Source of the DNA: an uncultured virus (IMG/VR IMGVR_UViG_3300044557_000566)
Taxonomy: Duplodnaviria > Heunggongvirae > Uroviricota > Caudoviricetes
Length of the DNA stretch: 64,000 nt
Virus record (IMG/VR): IMGVR_UViG_3300044557_000566
Strand: one strand, 5' to 3'
Shown: one piece after another, positions 48,428-57,845 of the stretch
How the letters are laid out: each line of letters begins with the position of its first letter
Position numbering within the stretch: the stretch's first letter is position 1
Notes under the pieces: model-generated
What the model was told of the DNA's origin: nothing
The model's input: only the letters and a program-made list of their open reading frames with translations
Databases searched by the model: none
Program-made: the position numbers and the translations under genes

Positions 48428-50824
48428 CTACATGGACAATCGTGTGAACTTCCTCATTGGCGCGGGTCTCTTCATTCTTGGAGTTGGACTGGGTAGATTC
48501 TCCATCTTCCCCTTGTTCACGAGGAATGCGTCAACCCCTATCTGCGTGATAGAGTCAGTTGGAAGCATTGGGTGAACTGGAAGGCCAGCGCCTCCCTTAC
48601 CGTGGACCGTGACCTCCTCGAGTGGAGTGACCTTGACCGTGACTGTTGAGGTGGTCACGAGGTTCTCCGCGTCAGGCCGAGCGATAATAGCCATCACGAC
48701 CTCGTCACCCTTCGTGTTCATGCCTGCAACAGTTTGCGCGCCAGCCCCGCATGGTCTTAGGGAGTCTAACGGGAATCTTAATACCCGTCCACGCCTGGTG
48801 GCCATGATGACGGTAGATCCCTTCACGGCCTTGGTAGAGTCTAGGACAGATACGATAGAGTCCCCATCATCAAGGTTAACGACCGGCTTCACGTCCCATT
48901 TCCCATCAACTGGTAGCTTCACGTTACGCACGCGACCATTCCGTGTGACCACCAGGACGGTTCTGTCTCCATCCCCGACAACACCCCTATACGCTACCTT
49001 ATCGGGCAGGATTCCAATCTTTGATGGGTCAATCTTCTTGTCATCTTCAAGAGACATGGCTGTTGTTGCGTAAGCATTCCCATCAGATCCTATCAACGCT
49101 ATGGACGCATTGCCGGTAATCTTCGCCTCACTGACGATTGGGTCAATCTTACCCTTCACCTCTGATGAAGCTGGAATCCTAGTCAGGGTCTTCACAAGCT
49201 TCCCTTCAGCATTCTGGTACAGCCAAGTCTTCGCCCCGTTGCCGGCCGCTCGAATCTTCTTAGCCTCGGCCTTCTGCTGATTCTTGAACTGCTCCTCGGT
49301 GATACCGTTAATCTCAGTGTGCCGGTCATCACCAATTACCTTCAGGGTCTCCCTGAACTCGCTGATGAGGGCGTTATTAAGCTTCCCCTCGTCATTGAGG
49401 ATTGACTCCGTATTACTGACAGACTCCTTAAGCTCTTTGTCCTCATTCTTGAGGGCAACGGAGTCCATTCTTGTGAGCCTACGGAGCTGTAGGGAGAGCA
49501 CGTAGTCAGCCTGATCCTTGTCAATCTTGAACTTCTTCTCAAGCTTGGTTCGGGCTGAATCAGCATCATTAGAACCGCGAATGATCTTAATGGCCGCGTC
49601 AATGTCAAGGAGGACTTTGAGGAGACCGTCAATGAGGTGCAGGCGATCCCTCATCTTCTTGAGATCAAACGTCATAGAGTTCTTTAGGCACTGCTTCCTG
49701 AACTCGATGAAGTCAAGGAGGATATCCCTCATTGATGATTGGACCGGCCTGTTCTTCACGATGGTGGTCATGTTAACGGAGAATCTTGTTTGGAGTGGGG
49801 TGAGCTGGAAGAGATCCTCTATGACCTTCTTCTTCTGCGCGCCCGACTTCAAGATGACCACAACTCTTACGGGGTGGTTAAGATCTGAAAGATCCTTATA
49901 ATCTGACACGTCATTAAGATTGCCCTTCTCCATCTGCTTCTGAATAGCCTCAAGGATCTTCTCCGGGTACGTCCCGAATGGTATCTCGTAGAAATCTAGT
50001 CTTGTCATTCCACGGGACATTGGCTCTTCATCGTATTGCGCTCTTAGCGTGAAGGTTCCAGATCCAGTCTCTAGGTATTCCTTCACGCCGTCAATACTAG
50101 TCACCAGGCCACCCATGTTGAAGTCTGGGCCCTGAATGATGGTTGAAAGCTTCTCGTGGGGAGCGTTAGGATGCTTCACGAGGTAGATGCAAGCATTCAT
50201 GATCTCGGTGGGATTATGCGAGGGAATGTTAGACGCATAGGCTACCGCCATGCCAGATCCACCATTAATCACGCCAACAGGCCATTTCACTGGTATTCTA
50301 GTGGGCTCTACGGTCGTGTCATCATAATTCGGAATCATCTTGACGGCATTCTTGTTGAGATCTTCGACATTAATCCACGCGGCCTTGGTCAAGCGGGCTT
50401 CAATGTAACGCCCTGCAGCTCCAGGCTTGCCGGGGGCGCCGAAGTCTCCCTTGCCATCAATGAGCGGAACTCTGAACACGTGATCTCTCGCCATGTTCTT
50501 TAACGCTTCCGAGACAGAGGAGTCACCGTGAGGGTGGAATTGGAGTACGGCACCAGCCAGGGTGGCGACCTTCATCCTGTTGCCAGATGGGCCAAGATTC
50601 CTCTTGAACATGGTGTAAAGGATTCTACGCTGGACGGGCTTGAGTCCAGACACGTCTACCAGTGCACGATCCAGGTTATACGACCAAGCGTAAGGTATGA
50701 AGTTCGTCTTCAGCCATTCAGAGACGCTCATCTCGTTAATGCTTGCAGCAACCTTGACGAACCTCTTCCTTGACTCCTCAGTAAGTTCAGAATTGCTCTT
50801 AGAGTTCTTTCTCCTGCGTACCAT
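48428..50824 (-). CDS. Type IIA topoisomerase subunit A (GyrA/ParC family)
   Basis: GLKPVQRRILY, HPHGDS, AAGRY (catalytic Tyr), NIPSHN, GPDF; short beta-pinwheel CTD with no clear GyrA box. Confidence 0.95.
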   Translation of the reverse strand: MVRRRKNSKSNSELTEESRKRFVKVAASINEMSVSEWLKTNFIPYAWSYNLDRALVDVSGLKPVQRRILYTMFKRNLGPSGNRMKVATLAGAVLQFHPHGDSSVSEALKNMARDHVFRVPLIDGKGDFGAPGKPGAAGRYIEARLTKAAWINVEDLNKNAVKMIPNYDDTTVEPTRIPVKWPVGVINGGSGMAVAYASNIPSHNPTEIMNACIYLVKHPNAPHEKLSTIIQGPDFNMGGLVTSIDGVKEYLETGSGTFTLRAQYDEEPMSRGMTRLDFYEIPFGTYPEKILEAIQKQMEKGNLNDVSDYKDLSDLNHPVRVVVILKSGAQKKKVIEDLFQLTPLQTRFSVNMTTIVKNRPVQSSMRDILLDFIEFRKQCLKNSMTFDLKKMRDRLHLIDGLLKVLLDIDAAIKIIRGSNDADSARTKLEKKFKIDKDQADYVLSLQLRRLTRMDSVALKNEDKELKESVSNTESILNDEGKLNNALISEFRETLKVIGDDRHTEINGITEEQFKNQQKAEAKKIRAAGNGAKTWLYQNAEGKLVKTLTRIPASSEVKGKIDPIVSEAKITGNASIALIGSDGNAYATTAMSLEDDKKIDPSKIGILPDKVAYRGVVGDGDRTVLVVTRNGRVRNVKLPVDGKWDVKPVVNLDDGDSIVSVLDSTKAVKGSTVIMATRRGRVLRFPLDSLRPCGAGAQTVAGMNTKGDEVVMAIIARPDAENLVTTSTVTVKVTPLEEVTVHGKGGAGLPVHPMLPTDSITQIGVDAFLVNKGKMENLPSPTPRMKRPAPMRKFTRLSM

Positions 50825-50844
50825 AATGTTTATTATACTCCTTA

Positions 50845-52986
50845 TCAGTCCGAGAAACCCTCAATAAGGCCAGTAGCGATGGCCGCATTGAAGTTATCAC
50901 TCATGAAGTCTTTCTTCTCCTGTGACGAGTCGTTCATGGTCAGGTCGAGAGCTTCCTCGGCTTCCTTCACGTCGTCTAACTTGATCTTCTTGAGTCTTCT
51001 ATTCATTGGGTCAAGAACAGTATTATAAAAATCGCGTGGGTCCATTTCACCAAGCCCCTTATCGCGATCAATCTTGTATGACTTGTGTTCTGAATCAAGT
51101 CTACTCGCAATCTTATCCCTGGCCTCTCCATCAATAGCGTAGAGGGTTTCCTGATTCTTACCAGCCCCCACCCTGATCTCGTAAAGTGGAGGAACAGCCT
51201 GGTAGACCCTTCCCTCTGTGATGAGGCCATGAAACAGCCTATTGAAGACCGTGTAGAGGAGATTATTGATCTGGAGACCATCAACGTCAGCGTCAGCAGC
51301 AAAGATGACCCTACCGTACCTGCACCTCTCAGGGTCGAAGTTCTCGCCCATGCCAGCACCAAGGGCCTTCGCGATGTCATTAACCTCGCCATTCTTCAAG
51401 ATCGCCTTCATGTCTGCCTTGAGACAATTCAAGATCTTACCACGGATGGGCATGACGGCCTGGTACGTGGCGTCACGGGCCTTCACGATGGTACCAGCCG
51501 CGGAATCACCCTCACAGATAAGGAGTTCTGATTCAGGGGTGTCAGTCATAGCACAGTCTGAAAGTTTAGGAGGAAGTGACGCGGACGTGACGCGGTGTGA
51601 CTGCCTCTTCAATAGCTTAGCGTCCTGCGCGGCCTTACGATCGTTCGCAGCCGTCTTGATCTTATTGAAGATGACCTTGATGGCATTCTGCCTGCCGGGC
51701 GATTGGATGAACTTCTCAAGCCCATCCGAGAGAGCTTTAATTAGAGCCTTCTTCACCTCTGGACCCGACAGGCTATGCTTCTCCTGGCCCTTGAACTGTG
51801 GCTCTGGAACGTTGACGGATATGATGATGGTAGAGCCCGCGGTCACGTCTTCAACTATCGGGGTCTCGTCGCCCTTCATCAGCATTCCACGCATTGAGGA
51901 CATACGATCTGTGAACACCTTCGTCAACGATGCCTCAAGCGCGTCCACATGCACGCCACCATCCTGAGTGTGAATCGTGTTAACGTACGATCGCAGTGTC
52001 CTATCATACCCGACACCCCACCTCATGGCAAGATCAGCCGTCACCGTTCTATGGGCCAGGACGTTCTTGCCATCTAGTCCTACAGCACGCTCATCATAAT
52101 GTCCCTCCACGTGCATGGAGTAAATGCCCTTCTTCTCGAATGGGTCACCAGACTTGGTCTCCGATCCCGATAGTAGATCATCAGGAGAGATGTTCTCAAC
52201 GAAAGCGGGTATACCGTCCTCGGAATAGAAGGACCACTCGTAGGGTGACCCGTCCTCATTTCGTCTCAGCCTGTCCTCAATGTCAATGTGAAGACCCGGG
52301 ATGATGTAACTGACGCCCCTAAGACGCTCGATAAGATCATCGCGATTCACGCGCTCGTTATCTGGGAATCTTTCCTGATTATACCAGATCTGTATGCGAG
52401 TACCATTCCTCCAGATCTTCCGTTCAGCTGCCGGCCTGGGATCCTTCTCCGTAACGATGTCCGTCCCCTCAGTGAAACCAGCGTCAGGGCCCTCACCATC
52501 GAAATGCCCGGGGAACCCGTTCTGGAATGACAGTGAGTACTGCTTGTCGTTACGGTACACGAGTACGTCAAACCTCTTGGCTAGAGCGTTCGTCACGGAC
52601 GCTCCAACACCGTTAAGACCAGCTCCAGCCTCACCGGCCTTCACGTTGCTATCAAAGTTAGCACCAGCGTGCAGTGTTGCCATGGTGAGAATGATTCCAT
52701 TCTTACCAGTCTTCCTGTTCACGTCAACAGGTAGGCCTCGTCCATTATCCTGAACGATGACAGAGTTATCCTCATTGAAGATTACCCGCACCCTGTCCGC
52801 GAACTTCCTCAGACCCTCCTGGGTGGCGTTATCGGTGAGCTCGCGGATGCCAACGCTCTGCTGTTCACCCCTGTCCCCCAGGTACATGGAAGGTCTCTTC
52901 CATACGGCGAACGGGTACTTGAACTCATTGATAGCATCAGCATTATATGCTTCAATCGAACTCTCAATGTCCTTCTTACTAGGCAA
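50845..52986 (-). CDS. Type IIA topoisomerase subunit B (GyrB/ParE family)
   Basis: KRPSMY, E..DN, DNGRG.P, LHAG, GVG.SV.NAL, EGDSA, PIRGKILN, DADVDG, KGLGEM. Confidence 0.95.
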   Translation of the reverse strand: MPSKKDIESSIEAYNADAINEFKYPFAVWKRPSMYLGDRGEQQSVGIRELTDNATQEGLRKFADRVRVIFNEDNSVIVQDNGRGLPVDVNRKTGKNGIILTMATLHAGANFDSNVKAGEAGAGLNGVGASVTNALAKRFDVLVYRNDKQYSLSFQNGFPGHFDGEGPDAGFTEGTDIVTEKDPRPAAERKIWRNGTRIQIWYNQERFPDNERVNRDDLIERLRGVSYIIPGLHIDIEDRLRRNEDGSPYEWSFYSEDGIPAFVENISPDDLLSGSETKSGDPFEKKGIYSMHVEGHYDERAVGLDGKNVLAHRTVTADLAMRWGVGYDRTLRSYVNTIHTQDGGVHVDALEASLTKVFTDRMSSMRGMLMKGDETPIVEDVTAGSTIIISVNVPEPQFKGQEKHSLSGPEVKKALIKALSDGLEKFIQSPGRQNAIKVIFNKIKTAANDRKAAQDAKLLKRQSHRVTSASLPPKLSDCAMTDTPESELLICEGDSAAGTIVKARDATYQAVMPIRGKILNCLKADMKAILKNGEVNDIAKALGAGMGENFDPERCRYGRVIFAADADVDGLQINNLLYTVFNRLFHGLITEGRVYQAVPPLYEIRVGAGKNQETLYAIDGEARDKIASRLDSEHKSYKIDRDKGLGEMDPRDFYNTVLDPMNRRLKKIKLDDVKEAEEALDLTMNDSSQEKKDFMSDNFNAAIATGLIEGFSD

Positions 52987-53033
52987 TCTTGACCTCTTCT
53001 TACTAGACCAAACGTTTCCAATGATGAATATGG

Positions 53034-53075
53034 TACCAATCTGTTACCATATATTACCAATCTGTTACCATATAT
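53034..53075. repeat. Perfect 21-bp tandem repeat over the topoisomerase promoter
   Basis: TACCAATCTGTTACCATATAT at 53034-53054 and 53055-53075. Confidence 0.85.
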
Positions 53076-53117
53076 CGTCTCATGCTCCTCATACGATGGG
53101 GGCTCATGAGTCAAATA

Positions 53118-53768
53118 TCAATTCTTACCGAGCCCAAGACTCCCGTCGGTAAGATTGCCCAGAGCGTCTTTACCCTTAGTGGTAAGCTGGCCAACCACTC
53201 CGCTAGCATCACTGCTATCATGCTTCAAGTTGACTGTTACCTTATCATCATTCCTCTTAACCGATGTGACCGTCCAGTTACTGTCGACAACGGGATCTTT
53301 GCCATCATCAGTGAGGACGGTGATACGGGCGTCATTCACGTCCCCGCCCCTAGACGTAATGATCTTCTTCGCATTAGACCACTTCTGTCCGACTAGCCCG
53401 TCAAGACTGATCGTAGCGATAGACGGCGTTGTCTTAGTGGCGTCAGTGGCGCCCACGTACTTGTCTGTTGCCTGCTCGGACATAGCCGACTGTCCTCCAT
53501 TATCGTTGGACCTACTCGTCGTTGCTATCGACGTGAACATAAACGCGATGATGAACGCTATGACAGAGATTAACATGAACCTGACCATGTTCTTGCGAAG
53601 ATGATCACCTTCTTCATGGTCTTCATGGTGAAGGCTATTATGGTCTTCCGTGCTTACGGTTGGTATCACTCGCGTCTCATCAACGTCCCCTTGAGGTCCA
53701 ATCACCATCGTGTCATTGCCAGTACTCATAATCACATGCCTCCGGATTGCATTTTCCTCATTCCTCAT
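53118..53768 (-). CDS. Membrane-anchored protein with PASTA-like C-terminal domain
   Basis: Single TM; L.GLVG....A...I, DDGK..VVDSNWTV; start uncertain. Confidence 0.6.
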   Translation of the reverse strand: MRNEENAIRRHVIMSTGNDTMVIGPQGDVDETRVIPTVSTEDHNSLHHEDHEEGDHLRKNMVRFMLISVIAFIIAFMFTSIATTSRSNDNGGQSAMSEQATDKYVGATDATKTTPSIATISLDGLVGQKWSNAKKIITSRGGDVNDARITVLTDDGKDPVVDSNWTVTSVKRNDDKVTVNLKHDSSDASGVVGQLTTKGKDALGNLTDGSLGLGKN

Positions 53769-53846
53769 AACGATGCAATTATAACACAAGATATCAACAA
53801 GAACAACGAGGACGGGTGGAGATCACGCTATCCATAACGTCTTTGA

Positions 53847-54528
53847 TCAGCTTGACGGTGATTCCATCGGATCAGATATGTCAGAATCACTGTTCACGAT
53901 GTAGTCAGTGGTGGCCCTGGCGGACAAGACCTGACCGTCAGTGATCTCATGCACGTCATTGTCTATTGACCTAACGAGCGCATTAGACGCATCATGAATC
54001 ATCGTGTCAACAGCGCCCCGATCTATCCCGTAAACGCTGGGATTCTCCTTCACGTCAGACTGGAATGAGATCAGCTGTGCGAGACCATTGAACCTGGGAG
54101 CGTACTCCTCCCTCATGACCTCAAGAGTGATATTATTCCTCTTAGCCAGGTCTTCCAGTTGAGAGTACGCTCTCACGATTGGTATCATTCTGGGGTCACC
54201 TGAATCTATAGACTTCCGTAGAACAGATGAGGGGTTAGCAGAATCATAGCCCGTTGACTCCGACCCGTGATTGATTCGATCCACCCGGATCTTCTCCTGT
54301 TCTTCACGAATAGTTCTTATAGAGTCACGATACTTCTTCTTCCTCATGAAGGCGTATGCTGGTATGTATGATCCTATTCCGATAGCAAGTACGATCAATA
54401 AACCGATGAGGAATGTGAAGAACCATTGAATATTGACGATTAGGAGTGTCCCGCCTGTAAGACCAGTGATGACGGCAAGAATATCAAGTATTCTCATTGG
54501 CAACCTAGCTCGTCTACCCCCGCTCATT
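53847..54528 (-). CDS. Membrane protein (2 TM and helical domain)
   Basis: GGAGAGGAGG RBS before MSGGRR; architecture loosely like XpaC. Confidence 0.65.
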
Positions 54529-54585
54529 CCACCCTCCTCTCCTTGGCGCATTCGACCATGGAATCGACGCATCCGGCCGTGGCTA

Positions 54586-54972
54586 TCATTTCTGCACGTC
54601 TTCGGGGATGATGATCGTACGGATGCCATGTGCGGCAGCCCTACGGATCATATCCCACGTGCCTGGCGAACCAGACGCGGAGGGGAATGCGAGGCACAGG
54701 TCAGCGCCTAGCGTAGCCATGCGCTCGTTGCGTTTCGGGCCGGCAGCGCGCCCGTACTTCTTCCATTCGGCAGTGAAGGTTTCAGAAGACCATCCCCGTG
54801 CTTCCGCGTATTCCACGGCAGCCGCGTCTACTCCCGTTGGGCATCCACCTTGCACAATGACAACCCGCTCGGCTGCAGGTACCTCATTGGATCTTATCGC
54901 CTCAACGACTTCTCGATCGACTTCTTTCAAAAGAACATTTCGATTCCTACCACCCGTAATGATGATCCTCAT
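54586..54972 (-). CDS. SLOG-superfamily protein (DUF2493/YspA-like)
   Basis: RIIITGGR, GG.PTGVD, A.WKKYGRAAGPKRN..M, AFP...SPGT..M. Confidence 0.85.
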   Translation of the reverse strand: MRIIITGGRNRNVLLKEVDREVVEAIRSNEVPAAERVVIVQGGCPTGVDAAAVEYAEARGWSSETFTAEWKKYGRAAGPKRNERMATLGADLCLAFPSASGSPGTWDMIRRAAAHGIRTIIIPEDVQK

Positions 54973-55168
54973 CAACTCTATCCTCCTGCCTATCGTCACC
55001 CGATTCGATCAACCCGGTCAATACGCTGTTCGATCCAACGCATTTCCTCAACGTAGATTATCAAGCATCGTGTTGATCTTGGCTAACTCTATTACCAAAG
55101 ACAATAGTATCAAGGATTCATCGATCATTCAACAGTAGACGAAAATGCCGGGATAAGTAAAAGGCAGC

Positions 55169-56056
55169 TCACCATCCACCATCGTCATCATTCTGCCAGT
55201 CGCCTGTTCTTATGTCTTGTATAGCATTATCAATGATCATCTCATCTGGTATGCCGTCATGACTAGAATCATTGGACTCAAGTTGATCTAATATGTATTG
55301 GACTACTGAATCTGACAAGTACTCTTCCATGAAGGTGAGGGTGAGATCAGAGGACTGTAATAATCCTCCTGAAAGTTCCTCGGTTAAATAATTGTTCAGC
55401 GCGCTAATGACCTTGACAGATCGCGGAAGATTATCATATGAATACATGCTGGCCAGGGTTCTTGCGCTAACCGCCCTCCATCTGAGCTGGGCGTCTTCAT
55501 CCCACAGTTGATCCTTCATGAACTCTATGGCCAATTTCTTATCGGCCGTGTTCATACCGGGCCTCTCCTTGATCGTCCTTATGACTATCTTCGAGAGTGA
55601 TTCAACGACAGCGGCCACAAGCGTCAGCACATCAATTCCACCGGGATCTATACCCATATTCCTTGCAATGTCTATGATGTTGTCAGTGTTGATCGTGTTA
55701 AGATTGTAACCCCTCGTGTCAGTGGTCTTGTAAAGATCGGGTCTCCTAGACATCATTCTGATCTTCTGCTCGATGATGGTCTTTATGAGATCAGAGAAAG
55801 ACTTGTGGACCATGACCCTATAATTCTCCTGGAGGAGGGACCCATCAAACGCGGGTGAATTGTAACGAATCGAGAAGATGAACTCTAGCGTGTCCTCATC
55901 GACCCATATTGGCATCCCGGCAGCCGCGTCATAGTCATAATAGTCATTCTCCCGACTTATGAAATCATCATCCTCCGGGTCGCCATCTGATGAAGAGTCG
56001 TCAATATCATCAATCCAATCGTCATTAATAGATCCCATTGGTCTTCGATTCTCCAT
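55169..56056 (-). CDS. Hypothetical acidic protein
   Basis: About 295-aa ORF in a gene run; start uncertain. Confidence 0.7.
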   Translation of the reverse strand: MENRRPMGSINDDWIDDIDDSSSDGDPEDDDFISRENDYYDYDAAAGMPIWVDEDTLEFIFSIRYNSPAFDGSLLQENYRVMVHKSFSDLIKTIIEQKIRMMSRRPDLYKTTDTRGYNLNTINTDNIIDIARNMGIDPGGIDVLTLVAAVVESLSKIVIRTIKERPGMNTADKKLAIEFMKDQLWDEDAQLRWRAVSARTLASMYSYDNLPRSVKVISALNNYLTEELSGGLLQSSDLTLTFMEEYLSDSVVQYILDQLESNDSSHDGIPDEMIIDNAIQDIRTGDWQNDDDGGW

Positions 56057-56066
56057 TCCTGTGAAA

Positions 56067-56867
56067 CTATAAGATGATAGCAAAAACAAGCAGAACAGCT
56101 ACAACTACAGTCACCCCAATAGCGACTTCTAGTCTCCCCTGTTGGACTTTATTCTTCAAGTACTTGTACTTGTCCTCATCTGGCACGCTGTAAAACTCGG
56201 CGGCTGCCTCTGCATCCCTGGCAGCCTCGCGCACCTCGGCCTTACTAGCGTTCCTGTATCCTCCACCTTTGATGGCAGCCACGTCAACTGGAGTAGACTC
56301 GTGATTCCACCACGTCTTCACGTCATCGTAATAAGACGGCTCACCAGAACCACAAATCTTCTCCTTAACATAATCCCATGAGGAGTCCTCATTCTCCTCC
56401 TGAATGACCTCGTTAACGGTCACTCTGGCGGATGGAGTGGAATGAGTATCATTGCTATTGGGAGACGAAGATGCGTTATCTTCTCCATGAAGAGTGTCGT
56501 CATTCACTGAGGCGTGCTCAGGAAGTGTTCTAACGTGCCTTAGAGCGTCCTTATCATCAGATGCATGTGAAAACTCGTCTTTAACGCTACCGTCGTCTAA
56601 GGCGCGTTTATTCGCGTCTAAAGCGATATTACTAGAATTGCTAGATTCCGCGTTAGAACCGCGCTCATCCTTCTTCGCATGATCAATCTTAAGACGCTCG
56701 GGCTCATTGGCCTCAATCCAATTAAGATCCCTAGTGACGGTTGAGCTAGAGATGCCAACAGACTTGGCTATCTGTCCGTTGGTTGATCCCTTCTTCTTCA
56801 GCGCGGCCACTCTTCTCCTGCGCTTCAGTACTTCCTTCTGATGTTCAGTCATCTTCCTACTAGTCAC
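56067..56867 (-). CDS. N-terminal HTH protein with C-terminal TM
   Basis: RR..V..L...G.T..QIA..VGIS.STV.RDL HTH; hydrophobic C-terminus. Confidence 0.75.
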   Translation of the reverse strand: MTSRKMTEHQKEVLKRRRRVAALKKKGSTNGQIAKSVGISSSTVTRDLNWIEANEPERLKIDHAKKDERGSNAESSNSSNIALDANKRALDDGSVKDEFSHASDDKDALRHVRTLPEHASVNDDTLHGEDNASSSPNSNDTHSTPSARVTVNEVIQEENEDSSWDYVKEKICGSGEPSYYDDVKTWWNHESTPVDVAAIKGGGYRNASKAEVREAARDAEAAAEFYSVPDEDKYKYLKNKVQQGRLEVAIGVTVVVAVLLVFAIIL

Positions 56868-56958
56868 AATTAGACTCCCTTCAAGCCAAAGATCATATGA
56901 TGAAGACCATGGTCATCTATATGAATCCCATTATCATTGATTCGATTGCAGTACAGAA

Positions 56959-57552
56959 TCATCCTAAAAGCTCGGTCACGGAGTCTAGCGAGCTTCTGAA
57001 CAATGATGACTCCTTCTGAAGGCGTCTAAGAAGACTGACCTCTGCGTACAGATCGTTAGGAGGCAGTTTTCCTGACCCATCAGTGATAGAGCTGGCGAGA
57101 TCAGGGTCGATCTTCGACTCGAGGTCCCATAGATCTTTACGATTAGAATGATCTAGCCTTGCGACTTCGACAGCAAACCTTAGATCATCAAGATTCGCAA
57201 GGTCAAGAGCGCTACTGATCTTCTTCCTAGCATCTGAAACCGATGATGCGTCCATGAGTGCTGAGATCAGCTTGGATTCATCAGGATTCCTCACGTTGAG
57301 GAGGTCGCTAGCGAGATCAATCGTCTTCTGGTCAGCGCTTCTCACCCTATCAGCCCATTGTAGAACGGCGTTCACCACAGCCGGGGTGACGTCCGCCGTC
57401 TTCTTGATGATCTTACGGCTTGGACGCGCCTTGGGCTTTGATTCCTCACGCCCATCCTCGTGGTCTTCCGCATTTGGCTGATCATCTTGCAAGGGGGTCT
57501 CGAAGGGCGTCCCCTCATTATCTTCCACGTTGACTGTATCAAAATCTGGCAT
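56959..57552 (-). CDS. Hypothetical protein
   Basis: ORF with AGGA RBS before MPDF; TGATATCTT motif upstream. Confidence 0.7.
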   Translation of the reverse strand: MPDFDTVNVEDNEGTPFETPLQDDQPNAEDHEDGREESKPKARPSRKIIKKTADVTPAVVNAVLQWADRVRSADQKTIDLASDLLNVRNPDESKLISALMDASSVSDARKKISSALDLANLDDLRFAVEVARLDHSNRKDLWDLESKIDPDLASSITDGSGKLPPNDLYAEVSLLRRLQKESSLFRSSLDSVTELLG

Positions 57553-57740
57553 AATGTATCCTATCCTTGATTGCTTTTGCATTGCAAGGATAAGATATCA
57601 ATGATCCTCTTTTATCAAGACACAATGTCTAACAGGTCTAACGGTTCAGATGAAGACAAATATGATATCAAGACGAGTTAATCCGTATCATCAGTCAGCA
57701 TCATTTATAGAAGAAATATGAAAATTAAGATAAATGGAAG

Positions 57741-57767
57741 AGGCGTTGATCCATACGATCAACGCCT
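57741..57767 (-). terminator. Stem-loop after the AAA ATPase
   Basis: AGGCGTTGATC / GATCAACGCCT inverted repeat. Confidence 0.65.
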
Positions 57768-57845
57768 GTGAGAAACGGCAAAAACAGTGACAGAATAATG
57801 GTAGGTAAGACTTACTATATGCTTACTATATGATTCCTATTCGCC

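Noticed and set aside
50505..50535. Quinolone-resistance allele in topoisomerase A
   Set aside because: HPHGDSSVSE keeps Ser and an acidic residue at the positions equivalent to E. coli GyrA 83 and 87.
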